From Geosiphon pyriformis uo1 (Eukaryota > Fungi > Glomeromycota), in NCBI GenBank assembly GCA_016748015.1, contig JAAOMT010000597.1, forward strand, positions 558,001 through 622,000: a stretch of 64,000 nucleotides of DNA, read 5' to 3'. The position numbers and the translations under genes are program-made. The notes beneath the pieces were generated by a model. It ran no database searches. It was not told the DNA's origin and worked only from the letters and a program-made list of their open reading frames with translations. This document shows positions 37,169 through 52,349 of this stretch, one piece after another. Positions within the stretch are counted from its first letter, which is position 1; each line of letters begins with the position of its first letter.

Positions 37169-38399
37169 ATGACAATCCCTTTTTTTTCGGCCAATGACGC
37201 AGCTTTCCTTATGCTCTCCTCAGATGTAAATGTTGATCGGATGATCCCCTCAAATTTTGAGGGGATAGTGGCCCCCCCAAAACCATTGATTTTTGAAAAA
37301 ATCTTCCTGATTAATTGAGTTTTTGCCATCACCGATTTGTCTTCAACAGCTGAAAGATTGATATCCAAGGCAAAAAATTTTTTAGCTGCCACCTCTACAG
37401 GAGTTTTGACAATTTTGGGATCAATCTAGATCTTATTCAAAAGAATTTTTTTCATAAGGGGGGGTGAAAGGGGCTTCACCTCTTCATCTATCTCAAAGTC
37501 AGGAGAACCAATAGGAGAACCAAAATTCGCACTAGTATTCACATGTTTAGCCTTAGGAGTATTAACAGCTGATTCCAAGAGAGAACCATCAAAACCACCA
37601 GACATACTGACATTCTTATCATCACTAGAAAGACTTTCTACATTGGAGTATACACTAGCACTAGAACCAGATTTCAAAAAAATATCTTTTTTATCACCAG
37701 AGTGTTTAATATTACCAAGAGAAGTCTTCTTTTTTTGTGAAAAAGAACCACTGGCAGGACCATGAAACACACCCTTAGAAGCCTTTTTACTAGACATGCC
37801 GCCACTAGAAGCAGCCTTTGAATCCATGACAAAAGGGTTATTAGTTAAAGAAATATTGATATAATACTAATAAAAGAAAAATAAAAACTTCTTCTTCAGA
37901 AAATAATTCGTTGGAGTTTTCTGGGAGTAAAAGAGAAAAAAGTTTTTTTTTTTTATTACATAATATTAAAAATACATAATCTATATTTATAGTTACTATT
38001 TATAATTAATATAAAATTGTATTATTACAAAATTAAATTTGATTAAAAATATATTTTTAAAATTTTTGAAAATATATTTTAATATTATTATAATAATAAT
38101 ATTATTATTTATTATTATATAATAATATAATATTCTAAATAAACATAATATATTTATTTTTTATATATATTTAAACAATATTGAATTTACCAAAGCAAAC
38201 TTATTCAAAAAAATCATTTTTTATATAATAATAATTAAACTATTATTACTAAAAACAAAATTAAATAACTATATAGTAATTTTATATGTATTAAATATAT
38301 TATTTTAAAACTAATAATATTTTTATTTAAATTTTTAATAATTTTTTGAAAAATACTAATATTTTTTTTGATTATAAAATTTTTTTTATTTTAATATTC

Positions 38400-39100
38400 C
38401 AAAAAAAATATTGTAACTAAAAAATTAAAGCATTAATAAATTTAATAATAGATCTAAATAGTAAAACCAACTTAATTAACTTAGATTTTAAAAAAATTAA
38501 TTTAAAATTACTACAAAATTAATAATATTAATAATAAATAAAAAAATAAAAAAAGCAGTGGTTTTAAAAAAAAATTATTTTAATAAAATAAAGTTTAAAA
38601 ATTTTAAAACTAATAACAAATTTAAGTAAATATTTTGAAAAAAAATACAAATATTTTGTAATTAAAGATTAAATAATTCAAATTTAATACTTAAACAGTA
38701 TTAATATTTAATAATTTTAAATATAACTTTTTTTAAAGTATTTGTTTTATTAATAGCAGTATTTAAATTAACTTTAAAACTAAAAAAAAAAATATACCTA
38801 AATTATTAAAAAAATCAAAAGAATAAAAAATAAAAATAATTTAATTATAGTTTAAAAAATCAACTTATTAATTTCAAAAACAATATAATAAAAAAATCTT
38901 ATTAACTTAGTTAAATATATTTTTTAAATATTAATTTTTTTTTAATTTTAAAAAAAAGAATATTAATTTTATTTTTTATTATTAGAATTAATTAACAAGT
39001 AAAAATAGGTTTAATAGCTTTATAAAACTTTAAATACATATAGTATATTATTATTAACAAACAAATTTTAAACAAATTCTAAAAATTTTATCATAATATA
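38400..39100 (-). mobile_element. Ghost fragment of the ORF1-only family seen at 27400-29232
   Basis: 38800-38912 aligns with the reverse complement of 28262-28375 (e.g. ttattaatttcaaaaacaatataataaaaaaatcttattaacttagtt vs ttattgatttcaaaaacaatataatcaaaaaaaaattaattaacttggtt). Confidence 0.6.
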
Positions 39101-39139
39101 TAAAACATTATTATTATTATTATTATTATTTAATATAAT

Positions 39140-42100
39140 TTTTTTTTTATTCCTTTAATAAATGAAGTCCAAACACGACCTAATACTATACATCATACAA
39201 ATGATCTAAATTAGGAGCAAATCATGTATTTTCTACACGTAACCAGCCATTCAGACCAATCAGAACAACACTATACCCTTATATGAACAAAAACCAGTCT
39301 CTAATACCCAAGAAAAATGAACATGGAGTATGAAATCTGAAACCTACACCAAACGCTTTAGCAATACCCAGCAATCTAACCACACTAGCTAAAAATGACG
39401 TAGATAGACCAAAAATTGAGGTAGGAATAGAACTATCACATGAGATCAGCTCATTCTTGTCCATAAAAGCCTGGTGTTTGGTACGGACCAGCCAAATATT
39501 TTCCCTGAATGTGAGACAAAACTCACAAATGAAGCCCACAACTTTCGACATTGCAACCTTAGGATTCCTAAAAACAGAAACAAATTCACAATACCAGTTA
39601 TTGAAAACAAAGCCTTTGCACAAAACCAGACCAACAGCAACATTAGTAACACAGATATGTAACAACTGCAAAATGCACAAAGAAAACTGAGATAAACCTG
39701 AACAAGCCTCCCAAACAGATACATAGACATCCAACAACTGAACATGATCTGCAGCATCAAATGGACAACAAAAAACATGGTCGAAAACCTCAATGTCACT
39801 ACAGAATAAATAAATCACACTGAAATAACATCTATTATACAAATGTTTGCATACAGCAACCAAAAGCTGATAATGGAGGGCCTTCATAAAGTAAGTATGA
39901 AGGCCAGTAGTATGCATATTAGTAAAACCAGCAGCCAAATGAGAATTTATGTGCCATACCATAAAGGACTTTGACCAATTGATATTAGCATGCAGACTAT
40001 TTAGCATGACCAAAAAGCCCAATCCAATCTCCCAGTGTGTACAATGAACAGACCAAAAGACATCCCGAACAAAGTGTTTAGAAATACCAGAAACTGCAGT
40101 ATCACCAGCTCTTAAAAATTTTTCACTGATTAAATAAAGCATTTGCCAGGCAGAGAGAGTGGCATTCTTAGCAAGTGCATCAGTGCACACATTGTCCAAG
40201 ATGTCTGAATGTCCCCTAACTTTAATCCAATTCACACTTAAATTTTTGCGACAAATAATATTAATAATTTGGCAACACTCAATTCAACACCAGTTCCTGA
40301 AATCTGAACAAATCAAAATAGATTCCGATTTGCACACATCCAGAACAGCCTGGCTGTTTGAGAATAAGTTGACTGTCTGAAAAAAAAGAACACACTTAAA
40401 AGCTAAAACAATGGCCTGCAGTTCTATCAAAGTGGAAAAAACCAGACCAGACACTTTCACATCCAGACCCAAGTTAATGTCCAGAAAAAAAACTGCAGCA
40501 CCAGCCTTTATATCAATAGTACCCAAACCATACAGAGATCCATCCGTATATACAGAAAGACAGACCACATCAATAGTCAACAGATCATTACAAATAACAC
40601 TAAAACCATAAGACTGATGAATATCAAAAACAGCACCACTATCTATAAACAAAGAGCACCCAGAAAAAAGAACATTACCTTCAAGAAAGTGAATAGAGAG
40701 ACTAAACCAAAATAGAACTGGGCCACAAAAGTCCAGCTTTTTTCAATGTTTGAAGGTTTTCTAATCAAAAATGCCACCATTTCAGTCTCGCAGCTGCTCA
40801 ACAAAAGTGATTCCATAACATTTGAATAACAAGATACACTTGAAAAAATATGGCTCACCAAAAACCATAAACATAGGGGTACCACTCCAAAAGTAAAAGA
40901 CACAGGCCAGAGAGTTGTCCAAAGACAAATCACATCCAGAAAAAATATGAACCATACCAGCCAAAAAGTTATTTGAAAGGTTTACACCAACATAAGCCAG
41001 AAATAACAAAGAGTGACGAGGATGCCAACTAAAAACCTGGAAATCATGAGATCTATGAGAGAATAAATAACCCAAAATACCAACTGAGTTTGCAAAATTA
41101 ATAACAGATACCAATTTACATTCAGCTTGAATCTGTTCAAAAGTCTTTAAATTGTACAACAAAAGATGATAAAGCATATTATTGGGAAAATCAAATGATA
41201 ATCCCAACTTTGACTTTAGGCCTTTGCATATCAGAGCATCTCATTTATTACACATACTAATAGGAACAAAACTAAACTAAGTTCTGTAGCTGCAAACTGT
41301 TTATTCGAAATCACCTTCCTTAAAACAAAATTCACAAAAAACTGAACATCTGAATGAGTTTTAGCCAAGTTAGACTTGGACAAACCCTCAGTCAACAAGA
41401 AGATATCTAGATAACAATGAGATTTCCCCTTCTTTACAATAGAAATAGGCAACCCACTGATAGTGAGATAGAAATTTGTAATCTGACAATTGATAAAAAC
41501 AGCCACTGTTTTGTTATTATTTATGAAAATGTCATTAAACCTGAAAAATTCACTAGCAACATTAAGCATGTATTGTATAGCAGTCTGGCTGTTACCAACC
41601 CATATTGTATCATCGACAAAAGCACTAGCAACAAGAAATGAAGTCAACTCAGCCTGAGAATCCACCCAGCCAGTCTTAAAAATAAAATGGGAATTTAATC
41701 TGTAACCACAAACATTCTTCTGTCTCTTGACCTCACACAAGAGTGAATTGTAGAATATGTGCCAAAGAAGAGGTGAGAAGACTTCCCCTTGGTCCAACCC
41801 ATCATAAACATAATACCCATTAGTCAATCCAAAATCTGTTATCACCCTATTGATGTGACTATTGTAAATGTTACCAAAGAATCTTATAAATCTGTTACAC
41901 ATCTTGATTTTGACTAGACTTCTTTTGAGATATTCCCAACCAACCAAGTCATAAGCTTTACACATGTTTTGTAAAACTAGCCAAGTTTCTTGTTCTTTTC
42001 TAAGGCATTCTCAACAACAGAACCAATGGCAAAAATAGGAGATTATGTCATTGTGCCTTTTAAAACTGAGAAGTTGTCCCCACAGAGAACATCAAAAGCA

Positions 42101-45100
42101 CTACAAGACAAAGAGATCCTGTCTGAAAGAACCTTAGAAAAGATTTTGCAGGCTGTCTTAATCAGAGCAATTGGATGGGTATTCATAAGAACACCCTCCC
42201 ATTTATACGGTTTAGATATCATTGAAACCCAAGCATCTCTCCAAAGTCAAGGAATCAATTCACTAACCAAACAAGAATTCAAAAGCACCAAAAGCATATT
42301 TAAAATTGACTTGTTGCAATGTTTCTATAATTCATTAGAAATACCAGAAAGGCCAGCAGTCTTCCTATTAGGAAAGTTCTTGACAACAGCAGACATCTTA
42401 TTAAGACTAATCAAACATATAACACCAGAGAAAACACCATCAAACACATAATCCAGAGACTGAAATTGGCAAATCCAATTAGCGGAGAGATCAGATACCA
42501 CTTTATGTTTTCTGGTCCATCCCACCATAATTTCATTCATCTTAGATTTGACCAAATTAGGCTCCAAAATCAACTCATCTTCCACAATCAAATGATCCAA
42601 AACCATCTTATGAAAAGAACGTTCTAACACACTCCTGATAATATGACCCTTGTCTAATTCAAAACTTTTCATCTTTTTAGCAATAGTCAGCTTGATATAA
42701 GACTTCTCAGTGCACTTGGATTCCAACAACTTTGCAGTGTGGTATAATTTTCTTGTCTTGACAAGCACAGAATGAATAAGATTAAAATTAGAACCCAAAA
42801 GAAAAAGAAACTTTACCGCTGATGTACCAGTGGAATCGAGCTTGTTCTATGTTTCCAGTAATGCAACAAAATCACAACAAAAAATTAAATATGAGGCCCT
42901 GACCAGCTTGGAAACCAGCAACTCCAGCTTATAAAACCTGGAAAACTCCTTGGTGAAAACACCATTAAAACTCTTAAACCATTTCTTCTTAAATGCACTA
43001 TCAACTGAAAGAACTATGATCTTGTGAATAATGTCCCACATAGCATCTAGATCCAAGAACCTCACAGCAAAATCAAATGCATCTGAAAACACAACAGCAT
43101 TAGCAGTTATATTATTCTTGAACTCAAACTATTTTGTCTCATTAGCATTTTTGATGTCAAACTTCCAACAATCTCTATTCACTTGTTTGTAAAAAGAAAT
43201 CAAATAAGTATTCAAAAGTCTACCCAACTCTAAAGACACAGAAACAGCCTGGTAATCTGTGTCGAAATGTTTACTAACATCAGAAATATCATGATAAACA
43301 ACTGCATTGATTAGATTTGGAGAAATAAACACATAGTCAATGGTTTTTTTGACACCCCTAGAATTTGCCCAAGTGGGCGTTTTAGCAGCCAAGCTTCTGA
43401 CCAAAGAATAAACCAGCCCCAGATCTAAACATTTTTTGAAACTAGCACACTTATAAGACCCATTTTCATTAAAGTCACTGCTGAGGATGATAAAAGAAGT
43501 CTTATTAACAGCTTTTGCAATGAGAGAGTTGATTTCACTGGCTTGAAAGAACCAAACTACTGAAAAAGTACTAGCATAAAGACCCAAAATAGACACAGAA
43601 AGTTTATTTTTGAAAAACAATTTGATATATAGTAGCCAATCAAGCACCTCAGAAATTTTATACACATGTCTTACTAAAAAAGAATCCATGACAATAACCA
43701 TGCCAGCATTCAAATAACCAGAATCCAAACCAGAAGTAAACACCCAAACACCATCAAACCTGCCAGCAATCTATGAACAGACCTTACTCTTCAGCTTCAA
43801 TTTCATAAAAATAGAAATTAAATTACCCATATCCTTATACCAACAAATGATATTATTCTGTTTTGCTGGATTATTCATTCTTTTAACATTACACATGACA
43901 ACTTTCCAAACCAAATCCATCATTAAGAAGAACAAAAAACAGGCACCAGACTAGTATTGTTCAATTTGGCTGAAAAGCTTATAACTGTAACTGAAAGATT
44001 TTTTAAAGTTTCTTTCATTTTCAAAACAACCAAAGAATCAAAAACTGTCACCCCCACTACAGTCTTACCACTAGTGGCCACACCCGAATCCTCACTCATC
44101 ACTATATCTGCTTCTTGATTCTGTAATTAAGGAGTCACCAATGGCTAACATCCAGAACTAAGCTGAAAAACCATTGGCCCAGGTGTGTCCAACCTCTTAG
44201 CCAGCTTATTAACATGCTCTGTGAGGCTGGTGAGACTGCACTCAAAAGTGGCAAACCTATCATTTATTACCAAAGACACCAGCAGGGTAGGCTTCATCTC
44301 TGAAGAAGAGCCATTTTTTGAAGAAACACTCTGACCAGAAAGAGGAGGGAAAGAAAACCCACCAACAACACTAGCCTATAAAGCACTACCAAAAGCAACC
44401 AGCCAAGTGACTGGAGCTAAACATTTGGCATAAATGATCACCAGTTTACTTTTATTGGAATCCAAAAGCATCTAATGTGACAACCTACCAGAAGGCAATT
44501 TTTTACCAAGACCACAGCCCAAAGAAGTATGATCCAACCTCTTACACTTTGCACATATAGCAGAACCAAGATAAGACCAATGAAGATGAGCACCTCTTAA
44601 CATGAGTGTAGTTTTCATGACAGCATCCAATGATTTGGCTAACTCAAAACAAACAACGGCACATCTGGCCCAAGCATACATAACTGGATAACAATTAATC
44701 ACACACGTTTTCCCACTTACAGAACCAATAAAGTTCCAGATGTCATAAGCATTTGTTCTCACAGGTAGAATATAGAACAATACTCTGTGAAAATTTTTTT
44801 TATCTCATGTAACCTTATCCAAATCTGATTTAGCAATGTGCACTACATTCTTTCTAATTAGAATAGACCATCTATCTGCCAAAAGATCAGCCTGAGATTG
44901 TTTCTCAAACTCAATAATTGCTTTTTGCCACAGCTCTACCAATTGCATTTTGATCGACTTAATTGCACCAAATTTGGACAGTACAGCATGCACAGCCTCA
45001 GCTGATGTTCCAATCAGAATTTCTTTTATTACCACAGTCCAATCTGAATGACTAGTTGATTTTTTGTAATCAGTGTTCACCATGATTTTTGCATCAGTAA

Positions 45101-45849
45101 TCTTATTGGTAGCTTTTATCAAACCCAATTCAGAAGTAAATGTTGCTCAGATAATCCCAGAAAATTTTGAGGGAGTAGAGGCCCTTCTAAAACCATTAAT
45201 TTTTGAAAATAATTTTTTGATTACAACCAACTTATCCTGAGCAGATTTTTCAACCACATTATCCAAGCTAATATCCAAAGCAAAAGATTTTCTAACAGAA
45301 ACTGAGACCAAATTTTTCAAGAGAGGAGGAAGTTCCAAGGAGGCATCCAAGAGAACATCATCATCAACATCAAAATTTGAGAAGTTTATCTTCCCTAACG
45401 GCTTGGCCAAAGCCTTCTTTGTCTTAACACCCAGCCTTTTAGGCATTTGATCATAATTCTTATTAGCGATAGTGCTACTTTCATTATAGTCAAAGCTAGT
45501 TTTTTTCACTAGACATTCCTTTTTCATATCAATACTCTTAGACTCAGTAGTGTTACCAGTTTTAGAACTCCAAGAACAACCACTAGGCACCTTAGTTGTA
45601 GTCCTTTTACCACCAACACTCTCTTTTAAAGTGACACCCTTTCTCTTTTTCCTTGACAAAACAGGCCTGAAACCACCACCAGAACCAAATTTATTAGCAA
45701 TCTTCTTCATGACAGCAATACTAAGACCAACAGTAACCTTGAAATCAAAAAACGGTTTGGTTTTATTGTACTGAATGTTAAAAAAACTTCTTTCAAAAAA
45801 CTTTTGACTCTTTTTTGGGAATTTAAAACAAAGGAGAGAAAGAAGTTTT
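39140..45849 (-). mobile_element. Full-length LINE copy 3 (divergent subfamily with a different ORF1 N-terminus)
   Basis: ORF1 ~45710-43920 with knuckle CAKCKRLDHTSLGC. ORF2 43923-~39271 with intact AFVDDTIW (41609-41620), VYTDGS and WIKVRGH. Conserved 5' motif and 3' UTR. Confidence 0.92.
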
Positions 45850-48800
45850 TGTTTTTAGTTTATATATTTTTTAATATAATATGCTAATAAAAAACAATAT
45901 TATATAATTTAAATTTTATAAACATTTTAATTATTATTTTTTTTAAAAGATTACAAAAAAATCTGAAAATAAAAAAATAATTCATATTAATAATTATACA
46001 AATTAAAAAATAAAAAAATATTATTATTGCATTAGATTTTGCTTTAAATAAATTAATTCTCTTATGTTCTAAATTAATAATCTGTTTGTTGTAAACTCAA
46101 AAGCTGTTTCAAGTTATAGTATATCTAAGAAAAAAGTATCTAAAAGACTTTTTATGATTCTGCTGATGGCTTTTTTTCTTAAAAAAAAGATTTGTTTTTA
46201 GTAATGTTAAGCACTCTGATAATAAAAAGAATATTTTCTTAATCAAGTCTGATTCTAGTGATAATATATATTCGAATATATAGAGAGTAAATTTAATAAT
46301 AAAAAAGACAATCATATTATAGTTGATATTGACAATAGATATCTTTTGAATTCAGTTATTAATATTCCTAAAGCCAATTGAATTATAACTGATGTAATTT
46401 GCAGTTTTTCTCTTGGTTTTCTTAATTATAACATAGAAAAAAAAGTTGGATTACTTCTATTTTCTCTTAATATTTTCTTAAACAAAAAATAAATTGATTT
46501 CAAAATTGTAAAGATTTAAGTTAAAGTGGCTATTAAAAAATTCTTTGTTTTAGACATTAATTTTTCAGCTATTGAAAAAAAATCAGCAAAGACCAAAACT
46601 CAAGCCATCAGAAAAATTTTTTTTATAATCAATAATTTTAAGAAAGTTACTACTTTTTTAAAATTTGAAAAAATTATTATATCTATATTTACATTAAAAA
46701 AAAGCATAAATAAGACTATATTATTGGCTAAAAAAAAATTAAAGTAAACTGCAATCTCAAAAAACAAAAAATGTATTTAGTTTGAATAGTAATAATTAAA
46801 GAAATTTTTATAAATATTCTAAAAAAATAATTGTTACTACAGTATTTGAATTTGGCAAATTGTGTTAATTTAATTGCAATTAATTAAACTATGACAGAAA
46901 ACTATCGTAAAATTTATCAAATCAGCTTAAACAGATTAGTTGACAGCTAAATAGTTATTCTTAATTAGAAGAAATTCAGTGTGTATAATAAAGACTATAG
47001 AAAATTGTGATGTTTAAATATCTAAAAATCATTTCAGAGCACTTTTATTTATCTTGCCTATAAAAACAACAGTTTATAATTTAAATATTTTGTTAAAAAA
47101 AACTGGTAAAAAAACTTGTATTATTAATCAATTAATTAAAACAGACAATAAGATTTACTGTATTGTGATTAATTTTAAGTTATATAAAAATCTGAAAACT
47201 GTTTTTTATATAAAACCAATACTTGATAATATAAAATTTTCTTGGATTAAATTAGATCTAGTTTACTGTAAAAAGTATAAGTATTTTGAATATTTCTCTT
47301 TTAAGTATAATTTTTTAGACTTTTTTGCTTTGGTTTTAAAAAAAATTTATAAAAAGTTTGTTTTAGATTAGAATTATCTTCAACTTATTTACTTATATAC
47401 CAAAAAAAATGTGTTTATTTCCCAATTTACTGTTTTTAGTGGCAGATTTTAAATGCAAATAGTTTTTCTAATAGTTATTCTTATTAGCATTTGTTCTGTT
47501 TTTGTTTTTGAGCTTTTTCTTTTTGATGTTCTATCTTCTGGCAAAATTCTTTGGTTTTTAAGACATATTTGCAATTGGTAATTAATTAGCTTTTTTAAAA
47601 TATTTTTTAAAGTTGTTAATTAATAAAATATCAAGTATTATATACAAATTGAATAATTTAGACTTAGTATCTCTTATTTTTGCTTTTGTATTTTTTGTGT
47701 TAATTGATTTATTAATTTCAAGTTTGAATTTAAATTCCAATATAGTTTTAAATAATTTACTAATATTATTTTTCTTTCTTTTAATAGATATAAAAAAAAG
47801 TATTGAGTTTAAACATAAACAGTTTTAAGATCTTAATTATCAAACTAGAGTTTAAAATTCAAGTTGATTATTCTTTAAGTATCTATAATATCTGTTTTAG
47901 TAAGATTATATTAGTTATATATTAATTTAAGTTTTTTCATGTTTTTTGTATTCAAATAAACAAATTGTTTTAGAAAATTGCTACAATTAATATTAGAGAC
48001 ATAAACAATTAGACTAAGCAAAATAATATTGTTTATTGGCATAAAAAGTTTGGCAACATAATTTTTATTATTACTATAACTAAGTTAAAGTCTAATATTA
48101 GGTTATAAATTAAAAATAAATTTGATAATATTTAAATTTTTATATTAAATATAAATCAAAGTTTTTTTGATGCTGATATAATTATTATTATGAGTATTTT
48201 ATTGGTTTAACATATGTTAAAAATAGAAAAAGTTCATAGTAAAATTATTTTAGTTCATTTATTGTTTAAGAACAAGTTTTTAGTCATGATTTTGAGTTTG
48301 TATACTGGTTTATTTGTTGGTATATGGTTTAATCAAGCTTTTAACATCAACTTTGTTATTTCTAAAACAATTAATTCTAGTTTTTTTATAATTTTAAGTG
48401 ATAATTTCAGTGAAAATAGTTTTAAAAAAGTGCAAGTTTCAAAAAGTACTCGAATATAAGTCTGGTTAATTTATTTAATAAATATTTTTTGATTAAAATT
48501 TCTATTTAAAACAATTTTAAAGAAGCTTAAAAAGTTATTAATTATATTTTTATTGGCAAAAATTTGTTATTAGCAATTACAAATTATAGAGTTGGTTTTA
48601 TATCTGACTTTTTTAATACTAATTATAAAACAATTATGATTTTAGTTGAACTGAAGAGTTTATTAAATGCTTATTTAAATAGTATTTGCAAGCAAATAAA
48701 TAGAGATTGTTAAAAATTCAAGATTAAAAGTACTAATAGTGTCAAGTAAAATAATTTTTGTAACTTTTCTTCAACTAAGTTTTTTTTAATAATGAATAAG

Positions 48801-50551
48801 TTTAATAAGATAAATAAAAAAAGTAATTTAGATATAATATAAAAATTTCTAAGAGATATAATAATAAAATTAGCTGACAAGATATTTTTTAAATATTAAT
48901 ATAGTAAAACCAAATGTTTTTTTAATAAACAATTATCAAAATTTCTCAAATTGAAATTGTTGGTCACCAAAATAATAAATTTTTTTAAGTCTAATAATGT
49001 ATTTGGAGCCAATTTTTTACTTTATATTTGATTAGTTTTTGATAAAAAAAGAGCTTCTAAAATGCAAATTATGATTTAAAATAGTGTTAAATTAATAAAT
49101 ATTTTCAACTGTTTGTTTAAAATTAGAAAAAGTTATTATAAGTTCAAAATATTTAAGTTTAAAACTGTTAAAATAACTGTTATTTGGTGTACAATTTGAA
49201 AAAAAATGAAAAATTTTTGTTTAGATAGAAGCTATATAATTAAGAATATATTAGAAAACTTTTTTACAAAATAGTATTAAATTATTTGATAGTTAATAAA
49301 AAACTGATTTTGGAATTTAATAAAGCTAAATTTAATATTAACACTATTATAAAAAATTAAACCAAAAAGTATACAGTTTTTAGATTACTATTAAAGCTTT
49401 AAATTAATTAATATGTTTTTTTTGAATTATATAAATAATAGTGCTTTTTTAAATATTATAAACATTATTAATTTTAAGAAATTAATTTAGATAATAAAAA
49501 ATTTGCTAAATAAAAAGGCTATTGGTTTAAGTAACATCTTAAATGAATTATAGAAGCATTGTAATAAGAGTATTATTAGGTATTTTCTGGTCTTTTAAAC
49601 TTATATTTGTTTCTAAATATAGTGCCAACTTTGTAAAAAAGAGTGTGAGTTTTAATAATATCTAAATTTTATGATTAAGATAAAATTTTTATAAATATTA
49701 AGTTTATTGCTTTGATTAAAATGGCAAAGAAGATTTTTTTTAAAATTTTTTTGGACTGAATTTTATCTGTATATATTAAATTTAATATTTTTTGTAAGAA
49801 CAATTTTTTTGTTTTGAAAAATACTTTAATGCAATCTTCTGTTTTTACTGTTAAATCAGTAATTAAAAATGCTCTAAAAAAGAATAAAAAATTTTATTTG
49901 ATGTTGTAAAACATGTGCAAAGCTTATAATTTTTTTAGTTAATCTTATTTAAAGACTAATTTATAATATATTAAGATGTATAAAAAGTTTATTGATTTCT
50001 TTGGTAATATTCATAAAAACAGAGTAAATAAAATTATGACTGATTTTAGTTTTATAAACAAATATCAGATACATAATAGATTGGATTAAAGTAATGTGTT
50101 TTTTTTTTTTTTTGAAAAATTTTTTATTATTCTCTTTTGTATAAGATTAAAAGACATAAGTATTTGTGTAAATACCAAATTTGTGATTAAAACAGACAGA
50201 ATAGAAATTAAGGAAGAGGAAACTTTTTTTTGCAGTTAATGTTTTTGTTAATAATACTATCTAGATTGAAAATAGTTAAGCTTTTACACAATATATATTT
50301 AATATTGTTAGTAAGTTTTTTTATTTAATAATATCTCAATTAATAATAAAAAAAGTAATTATTTTTATTAATTAAGATATTAAAACAATACTGCTAAGAA
50401 TTAATAACATACCAATTTTAATTGTCAAAAAAAATAAATTACATAGATATTTAAAAAAATTTTTGTTAATTGAAAATTTATCTAAGCTAAATTTGGTTAA
50501 TATCTACTTTAATATTCAATTTTTTGTTAACATTATGCTTAGAAAAACTAT

Positions 50552-51408
50552 TGTTATAGATAATTATTTGGGGTATGAAAACAAATAACAAATCTGTAAT
50601 TTGGTGCTTAATAGTTAATAGTATTGGTAATTTCTAAAGATTTTTATATCTGAAGATTTTGGTGTCTAAAAGTTTTAGTTGAGTCCTTTGTATAATAGAC
50701 AAAAATTCAATAGTAATATCCTTTTGTAATGTTTCTAGTTTTTTTTCAAATTTTTGAGTTAATATGCTTTAGTATCTATAGCCTCCGAAAAGATTCTTTT
50801 GTCAATTTTTTTTCAGCTTGATGGCCAGTTTCTCCTGATAAGCTATCCTTAATTCTGAGTGTTTATTCTTATTTTTGGATCTTTTACCAGTGCTATTTTT
50901 AATGTTAATACTCTACATATTAATTCTTTAATCAATTAGTAAACAACAAAATAAAATAAAATAAAAAAAATAAATGAAAAAAATAAGAAATTAATATCTC
51001 ATCAATAGCTATAATTAAGAGCTATTGGTTCAATATAGTTAAGTGTTAAATTATATTAATATAGTGTGTTAATAGTGGCGAAAATAATTAATATTTTTAA
51101 TCAAATAATAATAACATAGATTTGATGATAATGGATAATTTTATTAATAAGAAAATGATTTTATTTTAAGTTATAGAAAACTATTTTTTGAAGAAAAGGT
51201 ATTGTTCTAAATAAATAAAACTCTATTAAATTCTCCAGGAATTACTTTTTCTGCTTTTAATACTCTCACTATATATATAATTTATGTTATATAAAATTCC
51301 TGGAATCTTGCAATTTTTTTAGAAAAATTCTAAAATTTCTCTGTTACTATGTTTATTTCTAATTGATTATTTTTCTAACTATAATATTTCTAATTTCTAT
51401 AAGTAACA
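50552..51408 (-). mobile_element. Solo LTR (family 1), 4-bp TSD CTAT
   Basis: TGTTAT...GTAACA termini. CTAT at 50548-50551 and 51409-51412. Excision restores RKTIINKQF in the LINE 4 ORF2 frame. Confidence 0.92.
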
Positions 51409-52349
51409 CTATTATAAATAAGCAGTTTTTTTATTTAGTATTAGTTATTTTATAATCTATAATTAAGTATAAGTCTTAGTTTAGTTTTGTGTTATCAAGT
51501 ATGTATTATAAATAAAATATTATAATTAGAAAAAGTCTTAAGTCTAAAGCTAATTTACTACATAACTTTTTTAGTAAGGCATTGTACTTTTTTTTTTATA
51601 TGATTTAAAATTGTTTGAGCAAATACAAACCAAAAACAAATTGGTTTTAGTAATATTTTTGCTAATTTTTTAGGATTTTTGGGTATTTGTTTGATTACAG
51701 ACATTTGAATTTGCAGATTCTAAGCTAAATTTCTTTGAATTTGTTATAATGCCTTATTAAGTTACATGTTAGTTCTGTTAACAATTTTTTGGTTAGAATA
51801 ATAAGGGTTTTTTTAGTCAATAATTTGTCTCTAAATAACAATTTGTTTAGTGCATTTCACAGTTTTAGAAAATTTTTAATGTCAAATATTTTGGATAATT
51901 CTTTGTACTATAATTTAGCTTATTTTTTGAAAAGATTTAGAGTGGTATTTAATAATAGACTCTTAAACAAAAAAGACAATATAATAGATTAAAAAACATT
52001 TTGTTGCTAGAAAAAACTGAATTTTAGGAGTTTTGTATTATTATGGTTCAAATTGGTTTTAAAGTTTTTGCATAATAGTTATTTTTTAATAATTAGTTCT
52101 AATTATATCAATTGAGTTTTTAAAATTTAGGAGGTTTTTTAATGTTTGTAAATATTTACATAAAGTTTGATCAAGTATTATTAAAATATACACAAATAGA
52201 TTATTAAAAAATATGAGTTTTGTCAAAATAGCTTATAGAAGTGCTGTGTATTTTCTGACAGTAAACATAAAAGTTGGTGTTAAAGTACACAATTTTTTGT
52301 TATTTATAATAGTTAAATTGCAGGCTGTTGCTTTGTCTTTGGAGTGTAT

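Larger units (their letters stand above)
35008..37827 (-). pseudogene. LINE copy 2 ORF1
   Basis: MDSKAASSGGMSSKK.. is homologous to copy 1. Removing 36258-37168 plus one ATGA restores ..GIVINSDLKRQG.. in frame. Confidence 0.88.
30200..37949 (-). mobile_element. Full-length LINE copy 2 (among the least eroded), ORF1 interrupted by a solo LTR
   Basis: ORF1 37827-35008, ORF2 35011-30330, with conserved 5' motif and 3' UTR. Candidate TSD 30182-30199 / 37950-37967 (16/18 identical). Confidence 0.93.

Noticed and set aside
11431-45774. Many short ORFs antisense to or out of frame with LINE ORFs (e.g. 12930-13532, 16964-17329, 32524-32796, 41990-42451)
   Set aside because: They are shadow frames of the retrotransposon coding strand, with no motifs and no consistent boundaries between copies.
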